NCBI GenBank assembly: GCA_041577295.1 | Contig: JBFGJG010000029.1 | Location: 1 to 58,138, forward strand | From: Gemmatimonadales bacterium | Lineage (GTDB): Bacteria; Gemmatimonadota; Gemmatimonadetes; Gemmatimonadales; GWC2-71-9 | Reading direction: 5' to 3' | Length of the DNA stretch: 58,138 nt | In this document: positions 47,784 through 56,196 of the stretch, one piece after another | Position numbering within the stretch: position 1 is the first letter of the stretch | Layout of the letters: each line of letters opens with the position of its first letter | Notes under the pieces: generated by a model | The model's input: the letters and a program-made list of their open reading frames with translations, nothing else | Databases searched by the model: none | Told to the model about the DNA's origin: nothing | Position numbers and translations under genes: made by a program

Positions 47784-48767
47784 ATGCCAAAGAAATCAGC
47801 CGCAACCGGTACCAAGCGAGCGCGAAAGAAGAAGAAGAAGGAAGCCGCTCCAGCGTCGCGCGGGCTCGCTGCCAACCGGCTGACCGCCACTGCACCTCCC
47901 GCGGCGGTTCGTCAGCTGGCCGACAAGATCGTGGCAGATGGCGGCTCACCCCTTGGTGTCTACCGTGATCCTCTCGGAGGCCAGTGGCAGGTGTTAGCCG
48001 GCCTCCCGATGGACAAGCTTGCGCCGACCCCCTTCCAGCGCGACGTCTCAGAGACACACGCCGGCCGACTGGCGGACGCGATCGACAAGCTCGACCGCTT
48101 CTTGGATCCCCTCATCGCGGTGCGGACTGACGACGGGATCTACTGGGTGCCAAACGGAGCCCACCGTCTCGCCGCACTCCGCCAACTCGGAGCGAAATCG
48201 GCCGTGGCGCTGGTGGTGCCGGATATGCAAGTCGCATATCGCATCCTAGCGCTGAACACGGAGAAAGCACACAACCTCCGGGAGCGAGCGCTCGAAGTCA
48301 TCCGGATGGCGCAGGGCCTCGTCGAGCTGGACGATGGTCCGGAGCGTGACTTCGCCACCGAGTTCGAGGAACCGGCACTGCTGACCCTCGGCCTTTGTTA
48401 CCAACAGCGCGGTCGCTTTTCGGGCGGTGCGTACCAGTCCGTGCTCAAGCGAACTGAAAAATTTCTCGCCACCAAACTCTCGAAGGCCCTAGAAACTCGC
48501 GCGCAACGAGCTGCGCAACTCCTGGAACTCGACGATGCCGTGAATACCGCGGTGCAAAAGCTCAAGGATCGCGGTTTCAAGAGCCCCTATCTCAAGGCGT
48601 TTGTCGTCGCACGAATCAACCCACTGCGCTTCAAGCGCGGCAGCGCCGCGGACTTTGATGAGACGATCGACAAAATGTTGAGCGCCGCGAAACGCTTTGA
48701 TGCGACCAAGGTGAAAGCGGACCAGTTGGCGAGCGCTGGCGGGGCGCCGGAGGTGAGTAGTGAGTAG
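47784..48767 (+). CDS. ParB/Srx N-terminal domain protein
   Basis: PTPFQRD, FLDPLIAV, PNGAHRLAAL (GxxR) and ALNTEK; Lys-rich N-terminus. Confidence 0.8.
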   Translation: MPKKSAATGTKRARKKKKKEAAPASRGLAANRLTATAPPAAVRQLADKIVADGGSPLGVYRDPLGGQWQVLAGLPMDKLAPTPFQRDVSETHAGRLADAIDKLDRFLDPLIAVRTDDGIYWVPNGAHRLAALRQLGAKSAVALVVPDMQVAYRILALNTEKAHNLRERALEVIRMAQGLVELDDGPERDFATEFEEPALLTLGLCYQQRGRFSGGAYQSVLKRTEKFLATKLSKALETRAQRAAQLLELDDAVNTAVQKLKDRGFKSPYLKAFVVARINPLRFKRGSAADFDETIDKMLSAAKRFDATKVKADQLASAGGAPEVSSE

Positions 48768-48833
48768 CGAGTTGGTGAGTCGGTGAGGTCGTGAGTGGGG
48801 AATCCTCCTCACTCCTTATGCCTCACTGCTCAC
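48753..48833. repeat. Degenerate GTGAG short tandem repeats with inverted CTCAC copies
   Basis: Six G(T/C)GAG units at a 7-8 bp period, then three CTCAC units. Confidence 0.6.
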
Positions 48834-48857
48834 ATGGGAGGGGTTCGGTGGTACCTG

Positions 48858-48998
48858 TCAAAAGGCTCCCACCGACCGCCACGACTCGGGTAGCTGACGC
48901 CGCTTGGGCCGTGCGGCGACCTTGCGGGGCGCCGCCACCAGTAACAGCGTGGCACCGATCGCACCAAGCGCGAGGACAGCAACTGGAAACCAACGCAT
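48858..48998 (-). CDS. Candidate 46-aa single-pass membrane protein
   Basis: GAGGG upstream of ATG 48998; MRWFPVAVLALGAIGATLLLVAA followed by a basic tail. Confidence 0.45.
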   Translation of the reverse strand: MRWFPVAVLALGAIGATLLLVAAPRKVAARPKRRQLPESWRSVGAF

Positions 48999-49387
48999 AC
49001 CTACATCCCTCTGCAAATGCACCCGCATGGGGCGGGGACCGCCGATAGCTCCATCAGCCACCGGCCACCCCACAGCACCTGCAACTCCAGTGCCGCTGGA
49101 TCCCAAACGATGCTCTCTGTCGATGGATCGCAACGACGGAACGCGGAGCGAGCGTGCTGTGCTCGACCCGACCATTCGCCCGTCACTCGCCGGGGTGATC
49201 TCTCGCGTCTCCTCGGGGTGATTACGGTGCCCGATGCGGAGGCGGGGCAAGCGGCCCTTTGGCCGCAGAGACGTTTTACGCCCTCAACGAGGCTCGTCAC
49301 GACGACTCGCGCTGAGGCATGGGCCAGCCGCACGCCCCCGCACCACCGCTCGCAAGCGTGTCGCACGGTTGCCGTGGCATCGCACCC

Positions 49388-50404
49388 TCAGTCACCCTCA
49401 AACGTGTCCGCAAAACTACGGACCTCGCCCACGAGGCGCCTCTTTTCCTGGGGACTCAGAAACGCTGCATGGATCGCATTCTCGGACAGTTGCACGATAT
49501 CTCGGCGATCCAAGTCCAGCGCCGCTTGTGCGGATAGGAAGTTGGCCGTCAGGTAGCCGCCGAAGTAGGCGGGGTCATCGGAGTTGACGGTCACTCGCAA
49601 TCCCAGATCCAACAGCGCTTTGAGATTGTGATCCTCGAGGCGCTCGAACACCTTCAGCTTGACGTTGGACAGCGGGCAGACGGTCAGCGGTAGCTTCGTG
49701 GTTCGTAGATGGTCGATCAGTCGTGGATCTTCGATACAGCGAACTCCGTGATCGATGCGCCGGACCTTGAGCAATTCGATGGCCTGCCAGATGAACTCAG
49801 GGGGGCCTTCTTCACCGGCGTGCGCCACGGTGAGAAACCCCTCGTCGCGGGCGTTGTCGAAGACATCGACGAACTTTTCGGGCGGATGGCCCACCTCCGA
49901 TGAATCGAGCCCGACTGCCACGATCCACTCTTTGTACGGTAAGGCCAGTTCCAGCGTCTCCATCGCAGCGTTGGCGGTAAGGTGCCGCAGGAAGCACATG
50001 ATGAGCCGGCTGGACAATCCGAGTTCTCGCCGCGCCTTCAGGAGCGCTCGGTGAATGCCCGCGACCACCGCATCGAACGGCACACCACGATTCGTATGTG
50101 TCTGCGGGTCAAAGAAGACCTCCGCGTGGCGCACGTTCTCGGCGTTGACACGAAGCAGATAGGCCCACGTGAGGTCGAAAAAGTCCTCTTCCGTCACAAG
50201 GACCTTGGCGCCCTCGTAGTAGATGTCGAGGAAGGACTGGAGATCGGTAAATTCATATGCGCGGCGCACCTCCTCGACATCGCGAAACGACAGTCGGATC
50301 CCATTGCGTTCAGCCAGTCGAAACATCAACTCTGGCTCGAGGGTCCCTTCGATATGCAGGTGGAGCTCGATCTTGGGGATGCCACGAATGAATCCTTCGA
50401 TCAT
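49388..50404 (-). CDS. Adenosine/adenine deaminase family protein
   Basis: PKIELHLHIEG, FFDPQTH, AHAGEEG, RIDHG, CPLSN and NSDDPAYFGG. Confidence 0.93.
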   Translation of the reverse strand: MIEGFIRGIPKIELHLHIEGTLEPELMFRLAERNGIRLSFRDVEEVRRAYEFTDLQSFLDIYYEGAKVLVTEEDFFDLTWAYLLRVNAENVRHAEVFFDPQTHTNRGVPFDAVVAGIHRALLKARRELGLSSRLIMCFLRHLTANAAMETLELALPYKEWIVAVGLDSSEVGHPPEKFVDVFDNARDEGFLTVAHAGEEGPPEFIWQAIELLKVRRIDHGVRCIEDPRLIDHLRTTKLPLTVCPLSNVKLKVFERLEDHNLKALLDLGLRVTVNSDDPAYFGGYLTANFLSAQAALDLDRRDIVQLSENAIHAAFLSPQEKRRLVGEVRSFADTFEGD

Positions 50405-50510
50405 GCGTTGCGCTCTGCGTGGGAATCGCAGGAGAGGATAGAATGCGAGTGGCACCCGCGCAATGTGCCGCGGGTGGAGTTGCCACTGGCGATGGCGCTG
50501 GCGTCCCTAC

Positions 50511-50831
50511 CTAAATGGGGTTGGGCTCTTGCACGTCGCTGATCTCGCCTCGGACACCGGCCTCGACCGCCAGCAGTGCACGCCCATGCAGGTAGACGCT
50601 ACCCAACTCGTCGGCAAGGTCGTCCGCGAAACCGTTTGCGTTAAGAAAGCCAAAGAGGGACTCCCGGCTCAGGAGGGCTTGATGCAGGTGACACGACTTG
50701 ACGAAGTCGTAAAACAGGCGCCAGTCTCTGGGTCGTAAGCCCGGAGGATTGGCCTCGGCGACGAACGCCCTGAGGCAATTCCAGGCGCTCGCTGGCAGGT
50801 AATCGATCACGTCGGTTCCGCCGTAAATCAT
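50511..50831 (-). CDS. Hypothetical protein
   Basis: Plausible helical 106-aa ORF (ANPPGLRPRDWRLFYDFV), co-oriented with the deaminase. Confidence 0.55.
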   Translation of the reverse strand: MIYGGTDVIDYLPASAWNCLRAFVAEANPPGLRPRDWRLFYDFVKSCHLHQALLSRESLFGFLNANGFADDLADELGSVYLHGRALLAVEAGVRGEISDVQEPNPI

Positions 50832-50969
50832 GGATCTTTGAGATGCCTTGTTCGGAACAGCCTCGGGAACGCAAGGGCCGCGGAATCGATTGTATGTGCC
50901 TCCAAAGGTGCGCTTCCGTGAGGTTTGTCACGACGCAAAGGTGGTACCATCGATGACTCGACCGGAGGA

Positions 50970-51443
50970 ATGGTGCCTGCGATCAGCGCCGGGTTGCTGA
51001 TGTTTCGCGAACGGAAACGCGAACTCGAGGTCCTGCTCGTTCACCCGGGAGGCCCCTGGTGGCGCAACAAGGACCATGGCGCGTGGACCATCCCCAAGGG
51101 CGAGCCGTCGCCTGGGGAGGATCTCCTCCGCGCGGCGCGGCGAGAGTTCAAGGAGGAAACCGGGGTGCCTCCCCAAGGACCCTACGTTCCGCTCGGAAAG
51201 GTGAAACAGCGCGGCGGTAAGACGGTACACGCCTGGGCCTTTCGCGGCGACCTCCAAGCCGGCGGGATCCGGAGCAATACGTTTCGGATGGAGTGGCCTC
51301 CAGGGTCTGGCAAATTCCAAGACTTCCCAGAAATCGATCGAGCGTGCTTCTTTGGTATGGAGGCGGCCCGTGGTAAGATCAATGCAGCCCAGGTGCCGCT
51401 GCTCGACGAACTGGAACGACAGTTGTCCGGCAGCTCACCGTGA
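50970..51443 (+). CDS. NUDIX hydrolase
   Basis: GGAGG RBS, VHPGGP, Nudix box GEPSPGEDLLRAARREFKEETG and FPEIDR. Confidence 0.92.
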   Translation: MVPAISAGLLMFRERKRELEVLLVHPGGPWWRNKDHGAWTIPKGEPSPGEDLLRAARREFKEETGVPPQGPYVPLGKVKQRGGKTVHAWAFRGDLQAGGIRSNTFRMEWPPGSGKFQDFPEIDRACFFGMEAARGKINAAQVPLLDELERQLSGSSP

Positions 51444-51500
51444 CCGGGCGTGTTCTGGTGCAATGCGGCAGCGACGTGCACATCTGGCCATGTCTCCGAG

Positions 51501-51516
51501 CGTGACTTTTATCACA
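51501..51516. promoter_or_regulatory. CRP/FNR-family-like site
   Basis: CGTGA-ctttta-TCACA, one mismatch from TGTGA-N6-TCACA, in an intergenic region. Confidence 0.5.
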
Positions 51517-51639
51517 AAGATTCCAAGCGCAACTCGTGACAGCGCTTAGGAAGCCACCGCTGCCGGTATGGTGTTTGCTTTAGGGTGGGCACCACCGTGC
51601 AATCCAATTCAGTACATCCGCAGGGAGTCGAAACGTAGT

Positions 51640-52014
51640 ATGGGGCGAAGTAAGGCCGATAAGCGCAAGACCAAAGCGGAGCTCATTGCGGAGTTGACCG
51701 AGCTCCGCGAGCGGCTTACGCAGCTCGAAGCCGACGGTGTCGCGGCCGCCAAGTCTGAGGCGGATGGCGAGCCCCACGACTCGGCGGTTGCTGGCAATGG
51801 CGCGCTCGCTGCCCCGGACGCCCTGGATTCCGCAGGCCTCGATCGGTTGAGCGAAGCCGTGAGCGATCTACTGCGCCGCATGGTCGCTGAGGACGTAGAC
51901 ATTCGCCTCACGGCGGAAGAGCGCGTCGGGATGGTTCAAGCCAATCCGGGCGCTGCCGAGCAACTCATCGTGAATCTCTTCGTCACACGGGCCCAGCCCT
52001 CGAAGCGTTCGTAG
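51640..52014 (+). CDS. Short protein resembling an internally deleted sensor histidine kinase
   Basis: N-terminal coil KTKAELIAELTELRERLTQLE joined to LLRRMVAEDVDI...VQANPGAAEQLIVNL (pre-N-box segment), then a stop. Confidence 0.55.
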   Translation: MGRSKADKRKTKAELIAELTELRERLTQLEADGVAAAKSEADGEPHDSAVAGNGALAAPDALDSAGLDRLSEAVSDLLRRMVAEDVDIRLTAEERVGMVQANPGAAEQLIVNLFVTRAQPSKRS

Positions 52015-52135
52015 TCCGGAACCCATTTAGCCACTTCTCCAGAAGCCATTGTCCCACGCCGTCGCTGCTGGTACAATGGCTTGCGAGCGCATCGCTGCGC
52101 GCGCGAGCTTTCATCTCATTCTGGAGGAGTCGTTC

Positions 52136-52474
52136 ATGTCGCATCCGCAATTCCGGCTGTTCCGTCGTCGCTCAGACCACCAGTACTGCTTTAACCTGAC
52201 CGCGAAGAACGGGCAGGTCATTTTGCAGAGCGAGGCCTATCGCTCCAAGCCCGCGGCCCGGAACGGCATCAAGTCCGTCAAGGCTAACGCACGCAAGGCG
52301 AGTCGTGTCGAGCGTCGCACAGCCCGGAATGGGAAGTACTACTTCGTCATCACGGCTCCAAACGGCCAGGTCGTCGGGCGAAGCCAGATGTACGCCTCTG
52401 CTTCCGGCCGCGCGAACGGCATTCGCTCCGTGGCCACGAACGCCGGCCGGGCGAGAGTGGCCGACGAAACCTGA
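52136..52474 (+). CDS. YegP-family (tandem DUF1508) protein
   Basis: GGAGGAG RBS and two repeats: FNLTAKNGQVILQSEAY...NGIKSVK and FVITAPNGQVVGRSQMY...NGIRSV. Confidence 0.9.
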   Translation: MSHPQFRLFRRRSDHQYCFNLTAKNGQVILQSEAYRSKPAARNGIKSVKANARKASRVERRTARNGKYYFVITAPNGQVVGRSQMYASASGRANGIRSVATNAGRARVADET

Positions 52475-52556
52475 GTATCTACTTGCAGGCGCTGAGATGA
52501 ACCCCGTGTGACGTTGTGCGCGGGGTTCTTGCGTTTCAGCTCGGAGGAGCATCCTC

Positions 52557-53600
52557 ATGAGGCCACTTCCGATGGTTGCCGTCATCGTCGCGGCAACGCC
52601 ATTACTCGCCCAAGAGCCCATCTCCTGGAGCGACGATCTCGAATTCTCCACCTTCTCGATCGCTGCGATCGATCCACAGACCGGTGAATCCGGCGTTGCG
52701 GTCACTACACGCGTCGCTTGCGTCGGCAATGGTGTTCCGTGGGTGCGTGCAGGAGTGGGCGCCGTGGCAACCCAGGCCTTCACGCGCACGGCGTACGGTG
52801 AGGAACTGCTCGGCTTGATGGCGGCGGGGCAGACCGCCGAGCACGCACTGCGTGATGCCGTTGCCGCGGACACTTTGGCGGCCCGCCGCCAGGTGGGGGT
52901 CATCGGCCTCCGCGCCGGCGTGGCGCAGCACACTGGCGAGGGCGCCAACCCGTGGGCAGGACATCGCGCAGGCGCAACCTACGTGACTCAGGGCAATCTG
53001 CTGGTGGGTCCGAAAGTACTCGACGCCGTCGCACAGAATTTCGAAGCCACGGCGGGGTCCGGTCGGCATCTCGCCGATCGCCTCATCGAGGCGTTGGCGG
53101 CCGGGCAGACCGAGGGCGGCGATGCGCGGAAGGGACGCGTGCAGTCAGCAGCCGTGATCGTCGCCGACCCACGTCCCGGCCGCTCCCGCCGCGACGACGG
53201 GATCACCGCCAACATCAACGTCTGCGAACACCCGTCGCCAATCGCGGAGCTAAGGCGTATTTACGATACGATCTCGCAAACGCTCGGTTATCGGGAGCTC
53301 CAGCAGTTTCAGGGACGCGATGTTTGGCAACTCAAGGTCATGCTACACGCGCTGGGCTACTTCCGCCCCGCCGTGGACGTGCTCGAATCCGGGGACGACG
53401 CGACTCTCTACACGGCGGAGGTCATTGCGGCAGTAGACGAGTTTCGTGCGGCGGAAGGGCTCTCGACGCCGAGTGTGGGGACACCACCGGGCTACGTCGA
53501 CGGAGAAACGGTTGAGCGGTTGTGGGATGCGTTGGCGCGAGCTGGCAAAGCCGCGGAGGTCCGTGAGGTACTCCGCGAGATGACGGCAGTCAGGCGGTAA
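52557..53600 (+). CDS. DUF1028 (Ntn-hydrolase-like) exported protein with a putative peptidoglycan-binding C-domain
   Basis: Signal peptide, TFSIAAIDP, GVGAVATQA, QGNLL, GGDARKGRVQSAA and C-terminal LHALGY...GYVD. Confidence 0.85.
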   Translation: MRPLPMVAVIVAATPLLAQEPISWSDDLEFSTFSIAAIDPQTGESGVAVTTRVACVGNGVPWVRAGVGAVATQAFTRTAYGEELLGLMAAGQTAEHALRDAVAADTLAARRQVGVIGLRAGVAQHTGEGANPWAGHRAGATYVTQGNLLVGPKVLDAVAQNFEATAGSGRHLADRLIEALAAGQTEGGDARKGRVQSAAVIVADPRPGRSRRDDGITANINVCEHPSPIAELRRIYDTISQTLGYRELQQFQGRDVWQLKVMLHALGYFRPAVDVLESGDDATLYTAEVIAAVDEFRAAEGLSTPSVGTPPGYVDGETVERLWDALARAGKAAEVREVLREMTAVRR

Positions 53601-53744
53601 CCGCAGCGTTATCCCACACCTGTGACGACAGACGCACCGAGGTGGAGACGGTTTGGCCCCGATCGATGTCACGCTGCTCGAGCGGCTGCGCACCTTTACG
53701 CGGACGGCGGGATTCACCGAACCGATGCCGCACCCTAACGCCCG

Positions 53745-54353
53745 CTAATCGACGACGAAGCTGACCCGCACGCTCCCTTCCAGCGCAGCATTGGACAGCA
53801 CCAGCTCAAAACGGCGTCCCTCGATACCGGTGGCGGGTTTGGGGAAGTAAATGAAGTCCACGATGTAATGGCCCGTCGGCACCACGATCTCATCATGCAC
53901 GACATCACGCGTGAACAGTCCAGCCGTAGCGGCTCTGGTGGGGCTGAACTTGCTCGGTGTCAAGCGGTAACCGGGAAAGGCACTCGCGGCTTGCGAGGGG
54001 AGCACGCCAAGTGCAGAGCGGTCCATGTCGAGCAGATTGTATTCCTTGACCAACACCGCGGGCTCCACCGTCTCGTACGCGATGCCGGCCGTATCGACGA
54101 GTACGAAATCCGTGCGGCGGAGCCGTAAGGCGACGCGGCTGGTGTTGCCCACCGCAATCTCGACCGGCATGAACTTCTCATTCTCTCGGTAGCGCGCGGC
54201 CTGTGTTCCCACAACCAGTGTGGCGCCGGCCTCTTCCCCAACGTAGGCAAATCGGGAGAGACGACGATCAACCCATGCGTCCCCCTCGGGCTGATATCCC
54301 CCGCAGGCGACGCAGAGCAGGATCGACCAGACCCAGGCCAGGCTCGCACGCAT
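53745..54353 (-). CDS. Putative lipoprotein
   Basis: ATG 54353 overlaps the methyltransferase stop (TGATG). Lipobox-like CVAC; beta-rich domain. Confidence 0.7.
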   Translation of the reverse strand: MRASLAWVWSILLCVACGGYQPEGDAWVDRRLSRFAYVGEEAGATLVVGTQAARYRENEKFMPVEIAVGNTSRVALRLRRTDFVLVDTAGIAYETVEPAVLVKEYNLLDMDRSALGVLPSQAASAFPGYRLTPSKFSPTRAATAGLFTRDVVHDEIVVPTGHYIVDFIYFPKPATGIEGRRFELVLSNAALEGSVRVSFVVD

Positions 54354-55159
54354 CAGCGCTTCGTCCCCGCCTCGCGCGTGTAGCAATGCACCTGCCACTG
54401 AGTCAGCGGGCTTTGTTCTGCGGATGAGAACAGCGTGAGGGCATCGCGTGCGGTCAACCATTGATCGTTACGAGGATCGCGGAATCGGTAGGGGATTCCG
54501 CCCCGTGCTTCCTCGACGGCGTACTGCTGCAGCAATCCACGTAGGTCGCTACGGCCAAGATCGAATGGCACCCAGTCGGACGTCTCGAGCACCCCATCGT
54601 ACCGGAGACAAGTGGTGGGTCCGGCGAGGCCCCTGATGCGCTCTATCCCGTACTGCTGAGAAATTTGTACGAAGAGCCGTCCGTCATCGCGGAGGACGGA
54701 ACCCATTTCCGTCGCAATACGTCGCCGAACAGAGAAGCCGTCGTCCCCAAGACTCGCCGGCGGATTGGCCACCACGAAATTGATCGAGCGCCGCGGTCTA
54801 TCGGGCTGCCGGTCGTCACCCCCCAACGCCGCCAGGGAGTCGGCCCGAACAGCAGTAATTCGATCTCCGACTGCGTTGTGCTCGGCGTTTCGCCGCGTGG
54901 CACGCACGTTCGTTTCCTTAATATCAATCGCAACCACGTGTCGTACCGCGGGATTCTTTGCCAAAACGATGGCGACACACCCAGTACCGCATCCCCAATC
55001 GATTCCCAGTCCCGCGAACTCCGCCTCGTGCCGGGTGACAGCCTGCAACGTGATCGCACTCGCGGGCGTCAGCGGGGTGCAGTCGGGCGGATGATCCAGG
55101 TGGATCGGGGCAAAGCGTCCGACCGCTTCGCTCGTGAGGACGACTCCGTGATACGACAT
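54353..55159 (-). CDS. Class I SAM-dependent methyltransferase
   Basis: IDWGCGTGC (motif I), VAIDI and VVANPP. Confidence 0.88.
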   Translation of the reverse strand: MSYHGVVLTSEAVGRFAPIHLDHPPDCTPLTPASAITLQAVTRHEAEFAGLGIDWGCGTGCVAIVLAKNPAVRHVVAIDIKETNVRATRRNAEHNAVGDRITAVRADSLAALGGDDRQPDRPRRSINFVVANPPASLGDDGFSVRRRIATEMGSVLRDDGRLFVQISQQYGIERIRGLAGPTTCLRYDGVLETSDWVPFDLGRSDLRGLLQQYAVEEARGGIPYRFRDPRNDQWLTARDALTLFSSAEQSPLTQWQVHCYTREAGTKR

Positions 55160-55172
55160 CGACCGCGGCCGG

Positions 55173-56144
55173 TTAGGACACCGTCAGGAGGGAGTCGGCG
55201 TGTTCGATGATCTGCCCTATGAACTGCCGTCCTCTTACGCCACCAGTCGGTATGCCGCGGCGCACCAAACGCTCCCGCACGACGTAATCCTCAAAGTACA
55301 TCGGAATGCCCTCAGCAAAGTACGGATCCGGTGTGTTCTGCAGGTGGACATGGACATGGGGCTCGGTGGACCGGCCCGAGTTGCCGACGTGTCCGAGATG
55401 GGTCCCGACCTGCACTAACTGCTTGGGGCGGACCGCCACGGTGCCGCGACGCAAATGGGCGACGAAGAGGTACTGACTGTCCGCCAGCTGCACGACGACG
55501 TGGTTGCCCAGTACATCTTCGCCATCCCATTTCGTGCCGATGGGGTGATCGGGTCTCCCGTCCACGGCACTGACCACACGCCCGGCGGCGGGAGAGCGCA
55601 CCAGCCGATCATAGGCATGATAGTGCTCCAAAACCGTGCCGTCGTCGCGATAGCTCGCACCATCCCGCGTGACCAAGAGGTCGTAGGCCCACCGTTGGTC
55701 CGGCACCACCACGTGATAGTTCACATCGCGGGTGGCACCGCCCCACGCAACCGTAACCGCACCGTCGAGGGGTAGGCGAAAACCAACTTCGCTCGGACGA
55801 TCATCGTATGACGAAGGGTAGACACGATAGGCTCGCCCGGAGACGATCATGATCGCGGCCAAACCAAGAAACGCGATACCACGGGCGTTGGACCAAAATG
55901 GCCGTCGCAGCGCGGACATGACCAGGCCGACGCCTAGCACTCCGACGGCGATGAGACCGATCGCCCACGGCCCGACGTACCAGAGAACGACCCCCAGCAA
56001 CCCAGGGCGGGCCCGCAGCACCAAGTAGAGACCCAACTGAAGCACCGCCAGCGCCGCGACCGCCGCGAACCACCAATTTCCCGTGCGACGCCGACCTGGC
56101 GAGTCGGGACTCCGTTGTGTGGCAGGTGTTGCGTTGGACTCCAC
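55173..56144 (-). CDS. Membrane-anchored M23-family metallopeptidase
   Basis: Three N-terminal TMs, NYH...WAYD, GNHVVV, AHL and VGNSGRSTEPHVHVH. Confidence 0.88.
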   Translation of the reverse strand: MESNATPATQRSPDSPGRRRTGNWWFAAVAALAVLQLGLYLVLRARPGLLGVVLWYVGPWAIGLIAVGVLGVGLVMSALRRPFWSNARGIAFLGLAAIMIVSGRAYRVYPSSYDDRPSEVGFRLPLDGAVTVAWGGATRDVNYHVVVPDQRWAYDLLVTRDGASYRDDGTVLEHYHAYDRLVRSPAAGRVVSAVDGRPDHPIGTKWDGEDVLGNHVVVQLADSQYLFVAHLRRGTVAVRPKQLVQVGTHLGHVGNSGRSTEPHVHVHLQNTPDPYFAEGIPMYFEDYVVRERLVRRGIPTGGVRGRQFIGQIIEHADSLLTVS

Positions 56145-56196
56145 AGCAAGCGGTTAGCGGAACACGAAGTGTGTGCCCCCCACGCTCATCGTCACC

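Noticed and set aside
48753..48833. Possible CRISPR array
   Set aside because: The units are 7-8 bp with no spacers, and there are no cas genes.
49000..49387. Overlapping ORFs on both strands between the microprotein candidate and the deaminase
   Set aside because: No motifs, RBS or consistent codon bias.
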